From Eledone cirrhosa (taxonomy: Eukaryota): a stretch of DNA of 64,000 nucleotides. A program made the position numbers and the translations under genes. Shown piece by piece: positions 11,500-27,953 of this stretch. The stretch spans positions 104,532,001-104,596,000 of the forward strand of contig OZ024744.1 in assembly GCA_964016885.1 (NCBI GenBank). Reading direction: 5' to 3'. Every line of letters starts with the position of its first letter. The stretch's first letter is position 1. Under the pieces are notes generated by a model, which made no database searches, was not told where the DNA came from, and saw nothing but the letters and a program-made list of their open reading frames with translations.

Positions 11500-14445
11500 T
11501 AAAGCTGTCTACACACATGATGGGTCCCCTCAACCCTTTTAGGCATGATTTCTACAACAGAGTGCCCTTCCTATCACCAACTACCTTACATGGTGTATTG
11601 GGTGCAGTTTGATAGCACCAACACTAGAGAGGTTTTTGGGTGTTATCCCAACTGAGGAACCCTCTCTGCTCAGCGGAGTTTGTTGGGGGAGAAGGCGGGG
11701 GGGGGTAATAAAAGGGAGATAAATATGGTTAAAGGTGTATAGAAATGTTGGTGTGATTTGATAGGGTGGTGAGTTGGAGTGACTTTTAACACTATAGGGG
11801 ATATGGATGTAGTGTGTGTGGGGGGGGGGGGGGGGATACCTAAACAGAGATAGCAGTGGGGGGTGTGGATGGTGTAATCAGTAGCACGGTGGGAGAGGGG
11901 AGGTGCAATGATGGAGAGAATAACTAAAGAGTGTAGTGGAGGGGACATGTGTGGTGTGCATAGGGGTGGAGAGAGTGGTTACTAGGGTACAATAATGAAG
12001 TGATGGTATTTAGATGGGGGGGGAGTAGCTAAGGAGTGATACTGGTGGGGCCATGAATGGGGTGGCAGTGTAGTCAGGATGGAGGAGTGTTAGTGGGAGA
12101 GGTGACATAGGGATAGGTCAAGTCACATTGTATGTTTGTGGTTGGGTTTTAATCATTACAGCGTAGCTCCGGCCCTTTGGTCCTTAGTCATGCCTGTTGT
12201 GAGGTTTAGTTTCTTAAGGTCAGTCTTCACAACCTCATCCCATGTCTTCCTAGATCTACCCCTTCTATGGTTCCCATCCATTTAGATTTCTCTGTATTTC
12301 TTTACGCAACTGTTATCCTCTATACACATCACATGTCCATACCAGCACACTCTTCTCTCTTACACACTACATCTAATTCCTCTTACACCAAGATTTTCCC
12401 TCAGTTTACTTATCCTATGTCATTCCTGCACACTAACATTACACATCCATCATAGCATACTCTCTTCATTTATTTCTCACCCCTGCAGGTCTTCTGCAGT
12501 CAAGGCCCATGTTTCACTGTCATGTAGCACTATAGTTCATTCTGCAGTCAAGGCCCATGTTTCACTGTCATGTAGCACTATAGTTCATTCTGCAGTCAAG
12601 GCCCATGTTTCACTGTCATGTAGCACTATAGTTCATTCTGCAGTCAAGGCCCATGTTTCACTGTCATGTAGCACTATAGTTCATTCTGCAGTCAAGGCCC
12701 ATGTTTCACTGTCATGTAGCACTATAGTTCATTCTGCAGTCAAGGCCCATGTTTCACTGTCATGTAGCACTATAGTTCATTCTGCAGTCAAGGCCCATGT
12801 TTCACTGTCATGTAGCATTGTAGTTCACACACAGGTACCATGCAGTCTACCCTTCACTCTGAGACAGAAGGCCTTTATCCTCCCCCACTGCTGATTAAGT
12901 CCCCTAAGTATCAAAAGCTGTCATCTACTTCTAAAGAGCCTCCCTGGTAACTGAAGATATTTATTTCACATGTGTTCTAAGTGCTTACTTCTCCTGGGTA
13001 TCTGCTGAATACAAAGTCTATCTTCTCCATTAACCTGCCTGCAATTCCACTAGATCTCTTGAGTGTCCATAAATTACACTGTGTGTACCTTATGAAATTT
13101 CTGCCCACCCCTTCCCGATATACTGAACATGGTCACTTTTCTGATAGTATCACCCACCTATCCGCTTTCATACTTATTAACACTTTAGTTTTTGCTAAGT
13201 TTACCTTTAGGTCTTTCAACTCTTAAATTCTACCTCTAACTCTCCAACAAATAGAACTGTAAGAACTAGGTCATTAGCATACAGAAGTTTCCATGGATTG
13301 CCAGTTTTAAACACTTCAGTAATGGTCTAAAGGACAATAACACTGATAAGCAGAGGTGGACTAAGGACTGATCTCTGATGGATCTTCACTTACACTTCAA
13401 ATTCATCATTGAACTCATTGCCAACTCTCACTCTGCTGGTTGCTCCTCTATACATGGCCTGAACAACCCTCACAAGCCATTCATCTACACATAGCTTCCT
13501 CCAGATTATAGGGTGTGGTACCCTGACAAGGACCTTCTCCAGTTCTACAAAAGCCAGATACAGTGGCTTACTCTTAGCTAAGTACCTGTAGTTGTCTCAC
13601 CAGAAAGAGGGCATCAGTGGTGCCCCTGCCTGGCATAAATCTAAACTGCATCTCATCAAAACTGTTTCTGTCTAATTAGTTGTGTTATAACCCTTTCAGC
13701 AACTTTCATGACCTGGTCCATCAACTCGATACCTCTGTAGTTACTTCTCTCTAGTAATCTACAATGACACTGCTGTGCCAGTCATTAGGTATGACACCAT
13801 CTTGTACTACTTAACTATATATCTCACTAGCTCATATCCAACCATACCAACTACTTTTAGTATCTCAGCAACTATACCAGATGGTCCAGTTGCCTTCCCT
13901 ATCTTCATGTCTTTAATTGATTTATCTACCAAACTGTTGTCAACTTTTATAGCTGGTTCCTCAGTAGGGTCTACATGGGGTAGGGCTTTGCTGTCCCACT
14001 TATTCTCTACATTCAGCAGTCTCTCACAGTAAGTCTTCCATACCTTCTTTATTTTCAGCATGAGACAGGGCAAGTGCTCCACTATCATTGTGAACATACT
14101 TTTCCCCAACCACATCACAATAGTCTCTAGTGAAGTGGCTCACAATCAGAAACACATCACGCCTCTGATCTTAAAGATGCAGAACATTTACAAACTTCTA
14201 CTTTTCTGCATCTGCTAAGTACATCTGGTGCTTGTCCTCTCTTTTAGATATTTGGTATTGCTCCCTGTCTCTCTGTTTTTATTGCTCTACCTTATCATTC
14301 CACGACTATGTCACCCTCCATCTTGCTGGGACCTTGTTCCAGCTGCAAACCTGGTTTGTTCTTTCTAGCAGGATGTCCTGTAAGAAACCCCAGTTTTCCT
14401 CTATGTTATATGTCTCCATCTCTTCCTTACTGTCAAATATGTCAA
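11500..14445 (-). mobile_element. Decayed RTE LINE (RT region, C-terminus and probable 3' UTR)
   Basis: ORF 13807-14118 KDMKIGKATGPSGIVAE; PWKLLYANDL near 13270-13297; 3' region with an aggaagggcac motif. Confidence 0.85.
12492..12827. repeat. 48-bp tandem repeat (7 copies) amplified from RTE coding sequence
   Basis: Unit ttctgcagtcaaggcccatgtttcactgtcatgtagcactatagttca; minus strand reads *TIVLHDSETWALTAE. Confidence 0.95.
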
Positions 14446-14477
14446 GTAAGATTTATTGTCAAGATAGTCTTATTTGA

Positions 14478-16590
14478 CACTTATTATGAGCAAGAAGAGG
14501 AAATAGAAACATATAACATAAAAGATAACTTGATGAAGGCTAATGACCAGATCTAAAGCTGTGGCAAGGTCCCAGGAAGATGGAAGGTGGAATAGTAGCT
14601 ATAAAGGCCAGGAGATAGGCCTAGTTAGACTAGAAACCTGGTGGAAATAGAGAGCTGTATAAGGCAGCTAAAAAAGAAGCCAAACATCAGGATTACTTAG
14701 CTAGAAGTGAACTAAATATGTTCTGTGATGTGAAGATCAGAGGTGTATGGAACTTCAAATTACAAAACAGTGTACTAGGTAGGGAAAATCAAGATATCAT
14801 TGGACAGAAGTAAATGATGTCAGTGTACTTGTTCTCAATGTTGAAATGAAAGAAGCATGGAAGTGTCATTGTTAAATAATAATACAAGAGAGAGGTTTAC
14901 CACAAGTAAAACAAATGGAGAGACTAGTCATTTGAGTTGTGATAGCAGTATGGTTGATAAAGTGATTAAGGATATGAAAGCAAAAAAAAGCAGTTGAACC
15001 ATCAGGAATTGTTAGTGAGATACTGAAAATATCTGGTATGGTAGGCCATTTGCACAGTAAATTACATGGTGGTGTCATACCCAATGACTGACATAGCAGC
15101 AACATTGTCAACTGCTATAAAAGACAGACCTAAAAGCAAAAGAGATGTGCTAAACTATAAAGGCATTAAGATGAACCAGGTCGTAAAAGTTACTGAAAGG
15201 GTTATAGCACAACTGATTAGGGATCAGAATTAACCTAGATGTGATACAAGGTGAGGGTTAACAATGGGTACAGTAATGAATTTAGCAAGCTCAATGCTCC
15301 AGGCCATAACAGAGACATTTAAGATGGGTTGCCATGGAAACTCTTGTACAAAGGGGCTTCAAAAAGTTCATGGAAAAAGGACAGTTAGAAAAAACGGTTT
15401 ACGCTATTTTTTAACATATGCTCCATCTAGGTCAGTGTTGATACCAGCCTTTAAGGCCATCTGTGTAAAACTGAGGGCCATGTGATGTAAACCATGTCAA
15501 AGCAGCTTTTTTACATCTTCAACTGGGGAATCATCTTCAACCTCATCTCTTCCACTTCTAAAACGACTTATCCATTTGTAGATTGTTGAGATCTTTGGGA
15601 CATTGTCCCCATAAACTTGCTCCACAGCGTCAATGATTTGGCTGCTATTCCATCCTAGCTTCACCATGAATTCAATATTTTGATGGAGGCCATGTTGTTT
15701 GAGCGAGTGCTGACTTCTGATTGGCGGTGCCGTGTTGCAACATGCATTTAAGGGTTCATGTTAGAACATGTTAAGACATGTTAGTATGAGAATGCACAGG
15801 TGCATTGAGATCAAAATCCTTGCATATGATTCTTAGCTATGTACTTTTTCCACAAACTTTTTGAAGCCCCCTCATACACAGATGACCTAGTTTTTATAAG
15901 CAATTCCTAGCATGGAAGCAAAACCTAGAATTGAATGATCTCAAAGTAAACCGTTCTTGTAAGTAGGAAAGACAAGACCTTAATAACATCAGGAAAATGG
16001 TCTTGCTTGATATGCAAAAAAGAAGTAGGAATTCTATATGGCATATTCAATGTAAACTATGGACACACAAAAGGTTTGATGGGACCACAGTTAGACTAAT
16101 GAAGAATATAGACTAAGAACACACTCTCAAATCCTTAGATGAATCTATAGATGTAGTTGACAGCTTTTGTTAGTTAGGAGACCTAATTAGCTGGGAAGGT
16201 GGGTGTTCCGAAAGCATTATACCTAGAGTAAGAACTGGTTGGAAGAAGTTGGAAGAATGAAGGATAGATTATACAATGCTTTTGTACAAAGTGCATTGCT
16301 GCTGTGAATGCAGAGGGTTTGTAAAGACTAGAAAGAAGTGAAGTGGTCACACTATGGTAGATGTGTAATGTTAGTGTACATGAACAATGGAGCACAAAGA
16401 GGAATAAGGCGTAGTGTGCATGAGAGAAGATTGCACTGGTACAGACATGTGATGTGTAAGGAGGATGGCAATATAGAGAAATGCATTCAAATTGGATGGG
16501 GGAAGGTCAAGGAAAACATTGAACAAAGTGATCAAGATTGACCTCAAGAAACTAAACCTCACAACAGATGGCAAAGGACTGTGATGAGCA
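14478..16590 (+). mobile_element. Decayed RTE LINE, interrupted by a mariner
   Basis: GVIPND motif (~15070), WKLLY|TDDL split by the mariner, ERRLHWYRHV C-terminus. Confidence 0.8.
15349..15874 (-). mobile_element. Internally deleted Hsmar2/irritans-like mariner
   Basis: TA target duplication (15347-48 and 15875-76); TIRs caaaggggcttcaaaaagttcatggaaaaag / ctttttccacaaactttttgaagccccctca; minus strand IEFMVKLGWNSSQIIDAVEQVYGDNVPKISTIYKWISRFRSGRDEVEDD fused to a C-terminal ...DGLKGWY...LDGAYVKK. Confidence 0.9.
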
Positions 16591-16684
16591 GCAAACATAT
16601 CGCAATGAACCGAGATAGTGTAAGTCAGGGGCTGGGAGGTACATTTACAGCGAATCTCCAGCTCAATACACCCCTTCTACCAGA

Positions 16685-19600
16685 CTAACCCTGGATCTAT
16701 CTAGCAATCCTCACCCTCTCACTACACCACACTAACCCTGTATACCTCAAGATGACCCTGGATCTATCTGATATCCTCACCCTCTCACTACACCACACTA
16801 ACCCTGTGTACCTCAAGATAACCCTGGATCTATCTAACAATCCTCACCCTCTCACTACACCACACTAACCCTGTCTACCTCAAGATGACCCTGGATCTAT
16901 CTGATATCCTCACCCTCTCACTACACCACACTAACCCTGTGTACCTCAAGATAACCCTGGATCTATCTAGCAATCCTCACCCTCTCATTACACCACACTA
17001 ACCCTGTCTACCTCAAGATGACCCTGGATCTATCTAGCAATCCTCACCCTCTCATTACACCACACTAACCCTGTGTACCTCAAGATAACCCTGGATCTAT
17101 CTGGCAATCCTCACCCTCTCACTACACCACACTAACCCTGTCTACCTCAAGATAACCCTGGATCTATCTGGCAATCCTCACCCTCTCACTACACCACACT
17201 AACCCTGTCTACCTCAAGATAACCCTGGATCTATCTAGCAATCCTCACCCTTTCACTACACCACACTAACTCTGTGTACCTCAAGATGACCCTGGATCTA
17301 TCTGACATCCTCACCCTCTCACTACACCACACTAACCCTGTCTACCTCAAGATAACGCTGGATCTATCTAGCAATACTCACCCTTTCACTACACCACACT
17401 AACTCTGTGTACCTCAAGATGACCCTGGATCTATCTAGCAATCCTCACCCTCTCACTACACCACACTAACCCTGTCTACCTCAAGATGACCCTGGATCTA
17501 TCTAGCAATCCTCACCCTCTCACTACACCACACTAACTCTGTGTACCTCAAGATGACCCTGGATCTATCTGGCAATCCTCACCCTCTCACTACACCACAC
17601 TAACCCTGTGTACCTCAAGATGACCCTGGATCTATCTGGCAATCCTCACCCTCTCACTACACCACACTAACCCTGTGTACCTCAAGATGACCCTGGATCT
17701 ATCTAGCAATCCTCACCCTCTCACTACACCACACTAACCCTGTGTACCTCAAGATGACCCTGGATCTATCTGGCAATCCTCACCCTCTCACTACACCACA
17801 CTAACCCTGTGTACCTCAAGATGACCCTGGATCTATCTGGCAATCCTCACCCTCTCACTACACCACACTAACGCTGTCTACCTCAAGATGACCCTGGATC
17901 TATCTGACATCCTCACCCTCTCACTACACCACACTAACGCTGTCTACCTCAAGATGACCCTGGATCTATCTAGCAATCCTCACCCTCTCACTACACCACA
18001 CTAACCCTGTGTACCTCAAGATGACCCTGGATCTATCTGGCAATCCTCACCCTCTCACTACACCACACTAACCCTGTGTACCTCAAGATGACCCTGGATC
18101 TATCTGACATCCTCACCCTCTCACTACACCACACTAACCCTGTGTACCTCAAGATGACCCTGGATCTATCTGGCAATCCTCACCCTCTCACTACACCACA
18201 CTAACCCTGTGTACCTCAAGATGACCCTGGATCTATCTGGCAATCCTCACCCTCTCACTACACCACACTAACCCTGTGTACCTCAAGATGACCTTGGATC
18301 TATCTGGCAATCCTCACCCTCTCATTACACCACACTAACCCTGTCTACCTCAAGATGACCCTGGATCTATCTGATATCCTCACCCTCTCACTACACCACA
18401 CTAACCCTGTGTACCTCAAGATGACCCTGGATCTATCTGGCAATCCTCACCCTCTCATTACACCACACTAACCCTGTCTACCTCAAGATGACCCCGGATC
18501 TATCTGATATCCTCACCCTCTCACTACACCACACTAACCCTGTCTACCTCAAGATGACCCTGGATCTATCTGACATCCTCACCCTCTCATTACACCACAC
18601 TAACCCTGTCTACCTCAAGATGACCCTGGATCTATCTGGCAATCCTCACCCTCTCACTACACCACACTAACCCTGTCTACCTCAAGATGACCCTGGATCT
18701 ATCTAGCAATCCTCACCCTCTCACTACACCACACTAACCCTGTCTACCTCAAGATGACCCTGGATCTATCTGGCAATCCTCACCCTCTCACTACACCACA
18801 CTAACCCTGTGTACCTCAAGATGACCCTGGATCTATCTGACATCCTCACCCTCTCACTACACCACACTAACCCTGTCTACCTCAAGATAACCCTGGATCT
18901 ATCTAGCAATCCTCACCCTCTCACTACACCACACTAACCCTGTCTACCTCAAGATAACCCTGGATCTATCTAGCAATCCTCACCCTCTCATTACACCACA
19001 CTAACCCTGTCTACCTCAAGATGACCCTGGATCTATCTGATATCCTCACCCTCTCACTACACCACACTAACCCTGTCTACCTCAAGATGACCCTGGATCT
19101 ATCTGATATCCTCACCCTCTCACTACACCACACTAACCCTGTCTACCTCAAGATAACCCTGGATCTATCTAGCAATCCTCACCCTCTCACTACACCACAC
19201 TAACCCTGTCTACCTCAAGATGACACTGGATCTATCTGACATCCTCACCCTCTCATTACACCACACTAACCCTGTGTACCTCAAGATGACCCTGGATCTA
19301 TCTGACATCCTCACCCTCTCACTACACCACACTAACCCTGTGTACCTCAAGATGACCCTGGATCTATCTAGCAATCCTCACCCTCTCACTACACCACACT
19401 AACCCTGTCTACCTCAAGATGACCCTGGATCTATCTAGCAATCCTCACCCTCTCACTACACCACACTAACCCTGTCTACCTCAAGATGACACTGGATCTA
19501 TCTAGCAATCCTCACCCTCTCACTACACCACACTAACCCTGTGTACCTCAAGATGACCCTGGATCTATCTGGCAATCCTCACCCTCTCACTACACCACAC

Positions 19601-21180
19601 TAACCCTGTGTACCTCAAGATGACCCTGGATCTATCTGGCAATCCTCACCCTCTCACTACACCACACTAACCCTGTGTACCTCAAGATGACCCTGGATCT
19701 ATCTAGCAATCCTCACCCTCTCACTACACCACACTAACCCTGTGTACCTCAAGATGACCCTGGATCTATCTGGCAATCCTCACCCTCTCACTACACCACA
19801 CTAACCCTGTCTACCTCAAGATGACCCTGGATCTATCTGGCAATCCTCACCCTCTCACTACACCACACTAACCCTGTCTACCTCAAGATGACCCTGGATC
19901 TATCTAGCAATCCTCACCCTCTCACTACACCACACTAACCCTGTGTACCTCAAGATGACCCTGGATCTATCTAACAATCCTCACCCTCTCACTACACCAC
20001 ACTAACCCTGTCTACCTCAAGATGACCCTGGATCTATCTAGCAATCCTCACCCTCTCACTACACCACACTAACCCTGTGTACCTCAAGATGACCCTGGAT
20101 CTATCTAGCAATCCTCACCCTCTCACTACACCACACTAACCCTGTGTACCTCAAGATGACCCTGGATCTATCTAGCAATCCTCACCCTCTCACTACACCA
20201 CACTAACCCTGTGTACCTCAAGATGACCCTGGATCTATCTAGCAATCCTCACCCTCTCACTACACCACACTAACCCTGTCTACCTCAAGATGACCCTGGA
20301 TCTATCTGATATCCTCACCCTCTCACTATCCCACACTAACCCTGTCTACCTCAAGATGACCCTGGATCTATCTGACATCCTCACCCTCTCACTACACCAC
20401 ACTAACCCTGTCTACCTCAAGATGACCCTGGATCTATCTGACATCCTCACCCTCTCACTACACCACACTAACCCTGTGTACCTCAAGATGACCCTGGATC
20501 TATCTAGCAATCCTCACCCTCTCACTACACCACACTAACCCTGTGTACCTCAAGATGACCCTGGATCTATCTGATATCCTCACCCTCTCACTACACCACA
20601 CTAACCCTGTCTACCTCAAGATGACCCTGGATCTATCTGGCAATCCTCACCCTCTCACTACACCCCACTAACCCTGTCTACCTCAAGATGACCCTGGATC
20701 TATCTGATATCCTCACCCTCTCACTACACCACACTAACCCTGTCTACCTCAAGATGACCCTGGATCTATCTAGCAATCCTCACCCTCTCACTACACCACA
20801 CTAACCCTGTCTACCTCAAGATAACCCTGGATCTATCTGGCAATCCTCACCCTCTCACTACACCACACTAACCTTGTCTACCTCAAGATAACCCTGGATC
20901 TATCTGACATCCTCACCCTCTCACTACACCACACTAACCCTGTGTACCTCAAGATGACACTGGATCTATCTAGCAATCCTCACCCTCTCACTACACCACA
21001 CTAACCCTGTGTACCTCAAGATAACCCTGGATCTATCTAGCAATCCTCACCCTCTCACTACACCACACTAACCTTGTCTACCTCAAGATGACCCTGGATC
21101 TATCTGGCAATCCTCACCCTTTCACTACAGCACACTAACCTTGTCTACCTCAAGATGACCCCGGATCTATCTGACATCCT
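16685..21180. repeat. 66/67-bp minisatellite, ~67 units
   Basis: Unit ccctggatctatct(agcaat/ggcaat/gacat/gatat)cctcaccctctcactacaccacactaaccctgt(g/c)tacctcaagat(g/a)a. Confidence 0.97.
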
Positions 21181-21364
21181 CTTATAAGCCCCACTTAATC
21201 AGGAATGTCCTTTATCCCATCCATATTCACTCTCACCACTGACCTTATCAATTTAATAATTTAACCATCATGATGGCTACGTATAATTGATGGCATTACA
21301 TCCACTTATACTGAAAATATCTTACTGCTTGCCATCACTCTCTCTCCTCAAAGCCACTTCTCAT

Positions 21365-24000
<2,636 letters not shown>

Positions 24001-25369
24001 TGTGTGAGTGCTGGTTATTTATCTGTGTAGAAAAAGCTATGTACCCCCCCGAATGCAGGTGCGTATCTTTGGACGAAGTAGCAAACCAAAACGAATACAG
24101 GCAGTGAATGACAGAGAGAAACGGAAGTCAAGCTAGCCTTACCTCAAATTCTTATGCTACTCTTCTTCCGTTTTCAAGATTTTATTTACACAAATTTATA
24201 ACTTGTGTTTTCTTCTAGAATTTACTTTTTAAATTATATGAGACTTTTGTAAAGAGCTATCTTATATTTTATTATATATATGTAAACCATATGTGAGTAA
24301 AACTTAGTTATTGTCTAGCTCCCGGTCAACATGATATAAGAGCAAAACATCATCATGCGCATTCAGGTTATGGCAATGTTGTCTTTAGGGGACATTTTAA
24401 CTGATGTGTCCTCTCAGTGTTTCAGACGGCGGGGGTGTTGATTAATTGAAGCTGTCTGCTATTTCTAGCAGGTCTAAATAGACATACACTCTCTCTCATC
24501 CCCACTTCTGAATTATATTACATTCTGTGTCAGAAGACTACACAGTCTCAAGAAATGCACAATTTAAAATTAAGTATCTTTTCAATTTCAACTGAAGAAA
24601 AATTAGACGTATGCAAAATGTATACCAAATATTAATGCAAACTTTTCGATCCCTACTTCGAATGTTCAAATTAAATGTAACGTAGATCTCAAAATCACAC
24701 ATAGCCAGTTTGTTATTGTATACGAAACAATGGCTATTTTGCTATTGTATGCATTAACATATTAATATACAACTAATTTTTGTGTAAAATCCACTAAATT
24801 GATTAAACACAGCAAGACATCACCTTCTTGCCTAAAAATGGTGCCGACGTCACTGGTGATGGCTCAGTAGACTATAACAGCCTGTCATGACTCTCTCATA
24901 TTTCTTCACTCACATCATTAACCTGTCGTTCTTTCATTTTCACATGACTTTCAATACATACCCCCACAACTCACATTTAATTCTGTTTTAATCTTTCATG
25001 CCACTCATCAATACTCAGACGTAGTTTACAATCATTGCTTTATTCAACTTGTTATCATAATTCTTTTGTTAACCAAGCCATCGTCATGTTAACCAAGCCA
25101 TCAGAAGATTTGGACTAAGTTTCAAATCCGATATTTGACAAATAAATAACTCTATTTTGTACAAAAGATTCTTTCGTTATCTTTGTTCACTTTGTCTTCA
25201 CTTATCATCAAAATCTAGATTGAAACGGTTCGGGGATAAGATGAAAAACAGTAAGGTTTGTAGGGTTTTGTTGCATTGAATGTATGAGAGTTTCAATGTC
25301 TATTACTAAAAAGACTTGCTTAAAGTTTTGTTACGAATACGTGGTTAGCACATGTAAGAGTCCTTGACA

Positions 25370-27785
25370 AATTTTTATTATTGCAAGTTTATGCATCAAA
25401 CGGACTCCGAATACAGATTCTTCCTTGATGAAGTCACTGCAGCATTAAATGTAGTTAAGACAGTCAAATATCCTGATTGGAAACTTCAGTGGACATGTTG
25501 GCTCTGACGACTTGACATGGAAAGGTATTATTGGAAAGAACGGTGACCCTGATCTAAATACAAATGGAGAGGCCATATTAGACTTCTGTTCTAGCAATGG
25601 ACTCTCTGTTATGAACACCTTCCAGCACAGAGACATCCATAAATATACATGGTATAAGAGGAATCGGGGACAGAGATCAATAATGGATTTTGTTATTGTC
25701 TCTGATCTCTTTGATTCTGTGCTTGATTATTTGTGTTAAGAGAGGGGCTGAGATGTTAACTGATCACCATCTAATTATCTGTAACTTGAGACTACCTAAA
25801 GCATGAACCCACAAAACCGGCAGGTCCAGAGCAACCTAGAGGATAAAGTGGGAAGCATTTGTGGATAAGGATGTCAGGACCAGGTATGCAGATACTATTG
25901 CATCCAAATTCAGAGGACTCCCTGAGGATGTTGAGACTAGGTGTGGTGCCAGATGGCAGGAGGAACCCTTGGTTCAATCAAGAGATCAAAGATGTCACCC
26001 GAGCAAAGAAGGGAGCTTACAAAGCTTGGCTTGGAGATAAGTCCTTCTTGCACAAGCAGGCACAAAAAATTGCAACAGAGACAGTAAAGGTGTCCAAAGT
26101 TATGACATAGGAGGACTTTGGAGTATAGCTAGAATCTCACTTCAGAGTAACAAATAAAGTGTTCTGGCAGACCATCCTCCGACTGCATAATAAGAAGCCC
26201 TCCTCCACTCCTGCTATCAGGAACACATCTAGGGTTCTCCTCTGTTAAGAGAGGTGTATCCTCATGAGGTAGAGGGAATACTTTGCTGATCTCCTAAACC
26301 CAATCACAATTGCATCTTTTGATGTACACAAGGTGCATCTGGGAGTGGTGAATAATCTTTCGGAGGCTGAGATTACAAGAGTTGTTAAAGAGTCTAAATG
26401 TGGCTTGGCTGCTGGGGAAGATGAAATCCGGTCTAAGATGTTAAAAGCCTTAAATAGAGATTGTATTCTCTGGCTGACTTGTATGTGCCGGGTGGCTTTG
26501 ATCTCTGGAAAGGCACCTAACCAATGGCAATCAGGAGTGATATTCCCAATTTTCAAAAAGGGAGACAAGAGAGATTGTTCCAATTAAAGAGAGATCTTGT
26601 TAAGCCTCCCCAGTAAAGTCTATGCTAAGTGTCTGGCAATAAGATTGTTGAGCCCAAGCTAGCTGATGAACAGTGTGGATTTCACTCCGCATGCAGCACA
26701 GTCGACCAAATATTCACACTGTAGCAGGTCTTCAAGAAAAGTATTGCCAAGAGGAATATTCATGTTTTGTAGACCTTGAGAAGGCATATGACTGCATTCC
26801 TTGGGACCTGTTGTGCAGGAGTATGGGATCGATGGTCAGCTTCTTGCTGCCCTGATGTCTCTATATGAATGCTCAATTATTTGTGTTCAGATAAATGGTG
26901 CTAAATTATAACTATTCAATGGAGGAATTGGACTCTGCCAAGGGTGCGTGCTGTCACCTCTCCTGTTCATTATTTTCATGTACAGGATTGACATACACAG
27001 CCAGGCCGGAAGTGGTATCATAACTGGTGAGTGTAAAATCAGTTGACTGGAATTTGCAGACAACATAGTGTTACTTAACTCATCAGAAGTTGATCTCCAA
27101 CTTCCACTTGATAGGTTTGATGCCGAGTGCTGCATGGCTGGAATGAAAATCAGTGCTGTGAAGACTGAGACACTCATCTTCTCATGGAAGCCTGTGCAGT
27201 GCACTCTACATGTGAATGAAGTTCCACTGAAGCAGATAGAAAAGTTGAAGTATCTCAGGGATGTGTTCACGGGTGATGGAAGCCAGGACGCTGAATTAAG
27301 TGCAAGAATTGCTGAAGCTGGTGCAGTAATGCACCAGCTTCAGCATTCAGTAATCAGAAGAAGGGAGGTAGGTGTAAAAGACAAACCTGCTATCTTCAAT
27401 TTGGTATTTGTGCCAACCCTTACCTATGGTCATGAATCTTGGGTAATGACTGAAAGAATATAATTGTGAATACAAGTGGCCAAAATAGGATTCCGCCGAA
27501 GGGTCTTTGGAGTAATGTTACTTGATAGAGTGTGTAGCTTGGAGATCAGAGAGTCACTCGAGGTAGAGCCGCTACTTCTCCAAATTAAGAGATCACAGCT
27601 TCTATACTATGGAGTAGACCTCAAGCAAGATGGTTGAACAATATCTATGAGCTCAGTAGGTCTTGCTTGAGGATCCAGCTGGATCAGTTGGAGATGGTTG
27701 CTTCTGACATGAGCTGCTGGAAGGAGTGTTTGAGGACTCTGCCCCAACAACCTTCTCAAGAATAAGTAGGCGAAGAAGAAGAAGA
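25370..27785 (+). mobile_element. Decayed RTE LINE of Rex3/Expander type
   Basis: WKGIIGKNGDPDLN, NTFQHRDIHKYTW, SIMDFVIVS, FVDLEKAYD, QGCVLSPLLF, EFADN, VPTLTYGHESWVMTERI; (GAA)n tail. Confidence 0.9.
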
Positions 27786-27953
27786 TATGTATATATATAT
27801 ATATTTATACATATATATATATATATATATATATGTATAAATGAAAGGTATCGAAAATACTGTAGCAAAAAGCCAACAGTATTCCATAATATATAAGTGA
27901 CTATAGCGTCAAAATGGGAAAAATAGTTAACGTAAGATGTATATATATATATA

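Noticed and set aside
16724-16740. Telomeric or interstitial telomere repeat
   Set aside because: Only one ctaaccct per 67-bp unit; no tandem (TTAGGG)n.
16685-21180. Repeat-protein ORFs (MTLDLSDILTLSLHHTNPVYLK)
   Set aside because: They arise only where 66-bp units are adjacent; 67-bp units shift the frame into stops.
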